64,000 nucleotides of DNA from Eledone cirrhosa. Lineage: Eukaryota. Positions 61,376 through 64,000 of the stretch are shown piece by piece; position 1 is the first letter of the stretch, and the number at the start of each line of letters is the position of its first letter. The stretch is from assembly GCA_964016885.1 (NCBI GenBank), contig CAXHJY010000132.1, positions 124,001 to 188,000 on the forward strand, in the 5' to 3' direction. Under the pieces are notes generated by a model. It was not told where the DNA came from, made no database searches, and was given only the letters and a program-made list of their open reading frames with translations. Made by a program: the position numbers and the translations under genes.

Positions 61376-64000
61376 GCTTGTCTTCACACAAAACTTCGTT
61401 CTTCACCAAGCTATCTTTCTCTACCTTGTCTTCCCACAAAACGTCATTCTTTACCAAGTTATCTTTCTCTACCTTGTCTTCCGTCAAAACTTCGTTCTTC
61501 ACCAAGATATCTTTCTCTACCTTGTCTCCTCCCAAAACTTCGTTCTTCACCAAGCTATCTTTCTCTACCTTGTCTTCCCTCAGAACTTCGTTCTTCACCA
61601 AGCTATCTTTCTCTACCTTGTCTTCACCCAAAACTTCGTTCTTCACCAAGCTATCTTTCTCTACATTGTCTTCCCCAAAACTTCGTTCTTCACCAAGCTA
61701 TCTTTCACGACCTTGTCTTCCCTCAAAACGTCGTTCTTCACCAAGCTATCTTTCTCTACCTTGTCTTCCCCCAAAACTTCGTTCTTCACCAAGCTATCTT
61801 TCTCTACCTTGTCTTCCCCCAAAACTTCGTTCTTCACCAAGCTATCTTTCTCTACCTCGTCTTCCCTCAAAACTTCGTTCTTCACCAAGCTATCTTTCTC
61901 TACCTTGTCTTCCCCCAAAACTTTGTTCTTCACCAAGCTATCTTTCTCTACCTTGTCTTCCCCCAAAACTTCGTTCTTCACCAAGCTATCTTTCTCTAGC
62001 TTGTCTTCATACAAAACTTCGTTCTTCACCAAGCTATCTTTCTCTAACTTGTCTTCCCTCAAAACGTCGTTCTTCACCAGGCTATCTTTCTCTACCTTGT
62101 CTTCCCCCAAAACTTCGTTCTTCGCCAAGCTATCTTTCTCTACCTTGTCTTCCCCCAAAACTTCGTTCTTCGCAAGCTATCTTTCTCTACCTTGTCTTCC
62201 CCCAAAACTTCGTTCTTCACCAAGCTATCTTTCTCTACCTTGTCTTCCCACAAAACGTCGTTCTTCACCAAGCTATCTTTCTCTACCTTGTCTTCCCTCA
62301 AAACGTCGTTCTTCACCAAGCTATCTTTCTCTACCTTGTCTTCCCTCAAAACATCGTTCTTCACCAAGCTATCTTTCTCTACCTTGTCTTCTCCCAAAAC
62401 TTCGTTATTCACCAAGCTATCTTTCTCTACCTTGTCTTCCCTCAAAACTTCGTTCTTCACCAAGCTATCTTTCTCTACCTTGTCTTCCCCCAAAACTTCG
62501 TTCTTCACCAAGCTATCTTTCTCTACCTTGTCTTCCCCCAAAACTTCGTTCTTCACCAAGCTATCTTTCTCTAGCTTGTCTTCACACAAAACTTCGTTCT
62601 TCACCAAGCTATCTTTCTCTACCTTGTCTTCCCACAAAACGGCATTCTTCACCAAGCTATCTTTCTCTACCTTGTCTTCCGTCGAAACTTCGTTCTTCAC
62701 CAATATATCTTTCTCTACCTTGTTTTCTCCCAAAACTTCGTTCTTCACCAAGCTATCTTTCTCTACCTTGTCTTCCCTCAGAACTTCGTTCTTCACCAAG
62801 CTATCTTTCTCTACCTTGTCTTCCCTCAAAACGTCGTTTTTCACCAAGCTATCTTTCTCTACCTTGTCTTCCCTCAAAACATCGTTCTTCACCAAGCTAT
62901 CTTTCTCTACCTTGTCTTCTCCCAAAACTTCGTTATTCACCAAGCTATCTTTCTCTACCTTGTCTTCCCTCAAAACTTTGTTCTTCACCAAGCTATCTTT
63001 CTCTACCTTGTCTTCCCCCAAAACTTCGTTCTTCACCAAGCTATCTTTCTCTACCTTGTCTTCCCCCAAAACTTCGTTCTTCACCAAGCTATCTTTCTCT
63101 ACCTTGTCTTCCCCCAAAACTTCTTTCTACACCAAGTCATCTTTCTCTACCTTGTCATCCCTCAAAACTTCGTTCTTCACCAATCTATCTTTCTCTGCCT
63201 TGTCTTCCCCCAAAACTTCGTTCTTCACCAAGCTATCTTTCTCTACCTTGTCTTCACACAAAACTTCGTTCTTCACCAAGCTATCTATTCTCTACCTTGT
63301 CTTCCCTCAAAACGTCGTTCTTCACCAAGCTATCTTTCTCTACCTTGTCTTCCCCCAAAACTTCGTTCTTCACCAAGCTATCTTTCTCTACCTTGTCTTC
63401 CCCCAAAACTTCGTTCTTCGCAAGCTATCTTTCTCTACCTTGTCTTCCCCCAAAACTTCGTTCTTCACCAAGCTATCTTTCTCTACCTTGTCTTCCCACA
63501 AAACGTCGTTCTTCACCAAGCTATCTTTCTCTACCTTGTCTTCCCTCAAAACGTCGTTCTTCACCAAGCTATCTTTCTCTACCTTGTCTTCCCTCAAAAC
63601 ATCGTTCTTCACCAAGCTATCTTTCTCTACCTTGTCTTCTCCCAAAACCTCGTTATTCACCAAGCTATCTTTCTCTACCTTGTCTTCCCCCAAAACTTCG
63701 TTGTTCACCAAGCTATCTTTCTCTACCTCGTCTTTCCCCAAAACTTCGTTCTTCACCAAGCTATCTTTCTCTAACTTGTCTTCCCCCAAAACTTCGTTCT
63801 TCACCAAGCTATCTTTCTCTACCTTGTCTTCCGTCAAAACTTCGTTCTTCACCAAGATATCTTTCTCTACATTGTCTTCCCCAAAACTTCGTTCTTCACC
63901 AAGCTATCTTTCTCTACCTTGTCTTCCCTCAAAAAGTCGTTCTTCACCAAGCTATCTTTCTCTACCTTGTCTTCTCCCAAAACTTCGTTATTCACCAAGC
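61376..64000. repeat. Diverged layer of the same 48-bp satellite with its own variant set
   Basis: New variants appear (CTAGCTTG, TTCACACAAA, CTTCGCAAG, TTCTCCCAAA, CTCAGAAC) along with many singleton changes. No +TTCG monomers are seen. Degenerate periodicity is about 1.2 kb (61376/62574 = 1198; ORFs 62140/63388 = 1248). Confidence 0.82.

Larger units (their letters stand above)
1..64000. repeat. 48-bp tandem satellite array, about 1,330 head-to-tail monomers, single orientation, running off both ends of the window
   Basis: The consensus CACCAAGCTATCTTTCTCTACCTTGTCTTCCCTCAAAACTTCGTTCTT recurs every 48 bp from start to end, mostly with 0-4 substitutions per copy. Recurrent 52-bp (+TTCG) and 47-bp (CACAAG) length variants occur. 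The ORF track shows the matching 16-aa periodicity in every open frame. Confidence 0.99.

Noticed and set aside
64-62574. Very long + strand ORFs (up to 2,397 aa; FTKLSFSTLSSLKTSF, HQAIFLYLVFPQNFVL and SPSYLSLPCLPSKLRS repeats)
   Set aside because: All three + frames of the 48-bp consensus lack stops, so overlapping ORFs arise in every frame and switch peptide type at indels. Starts are mostly repeat-internal TTG codons and there is no unique domain.
436-63855. Dozens of minus-strand K/E/D-rich ORFs resembling repetitive surface antigens or coiled-coil proteins
   Set aside because: They are fragments of the repeat bounded by recurrent frameshifts and nonsense variants, with no signal peptide, anchor or unique flank. 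Not annotated as CDS.
1-64000. CRISPR array or other repeat-spacer / variable-cassette system
   Set aside because: Monomers are directly adjacent with no unique spacers, variation is scattered point mutation inherited in duplicated blocks, and there is no cas, recombinase or reverse transcriptase gene.
1-64000. Telomeric repeat, rDNA spacer, tRNA- or 5S-derived repeat
   Set aside because: No telomere-type short G-rich unit, no rRNA or tRNA sequence, no Pol III A/B boxes, and little self-complementarity in the monomer.

Overview
The whole 64-kb window is one uninterrupted head-to-tail tandem array (satellite DNA) of a 48-bp monomer, consensus CACCAAGCTATCTTTCTCTACCTTGTCTTCCCTCAAAACTTCGTTCTT. 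There are about 1,330 copies, all in one orientation; the + strand is 75% pyrimidine and the consensus is about 42% GC. I see no unique sequence, real gene, RNA gene, transposon or CRISPR spacer. The ORF track is a by-product of a monomer that is a multiple of 3 and stop-free in four of six frames. The information lies in the monomer variants. They define recurrent multi-monomer cassettes, nested recent kb-scale duplications (offsets 675, 1838, 1973, 3252/3300, 3286, 3377, 3905, 4882 and 11773 bp), three successive variant domains, and an abrupt junction at about 61,376 into a more diverged layer that may be the array edge. The organism and satellite family cannot be identified from the sequence alone. 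I found no support for a novel gene-encoded system.
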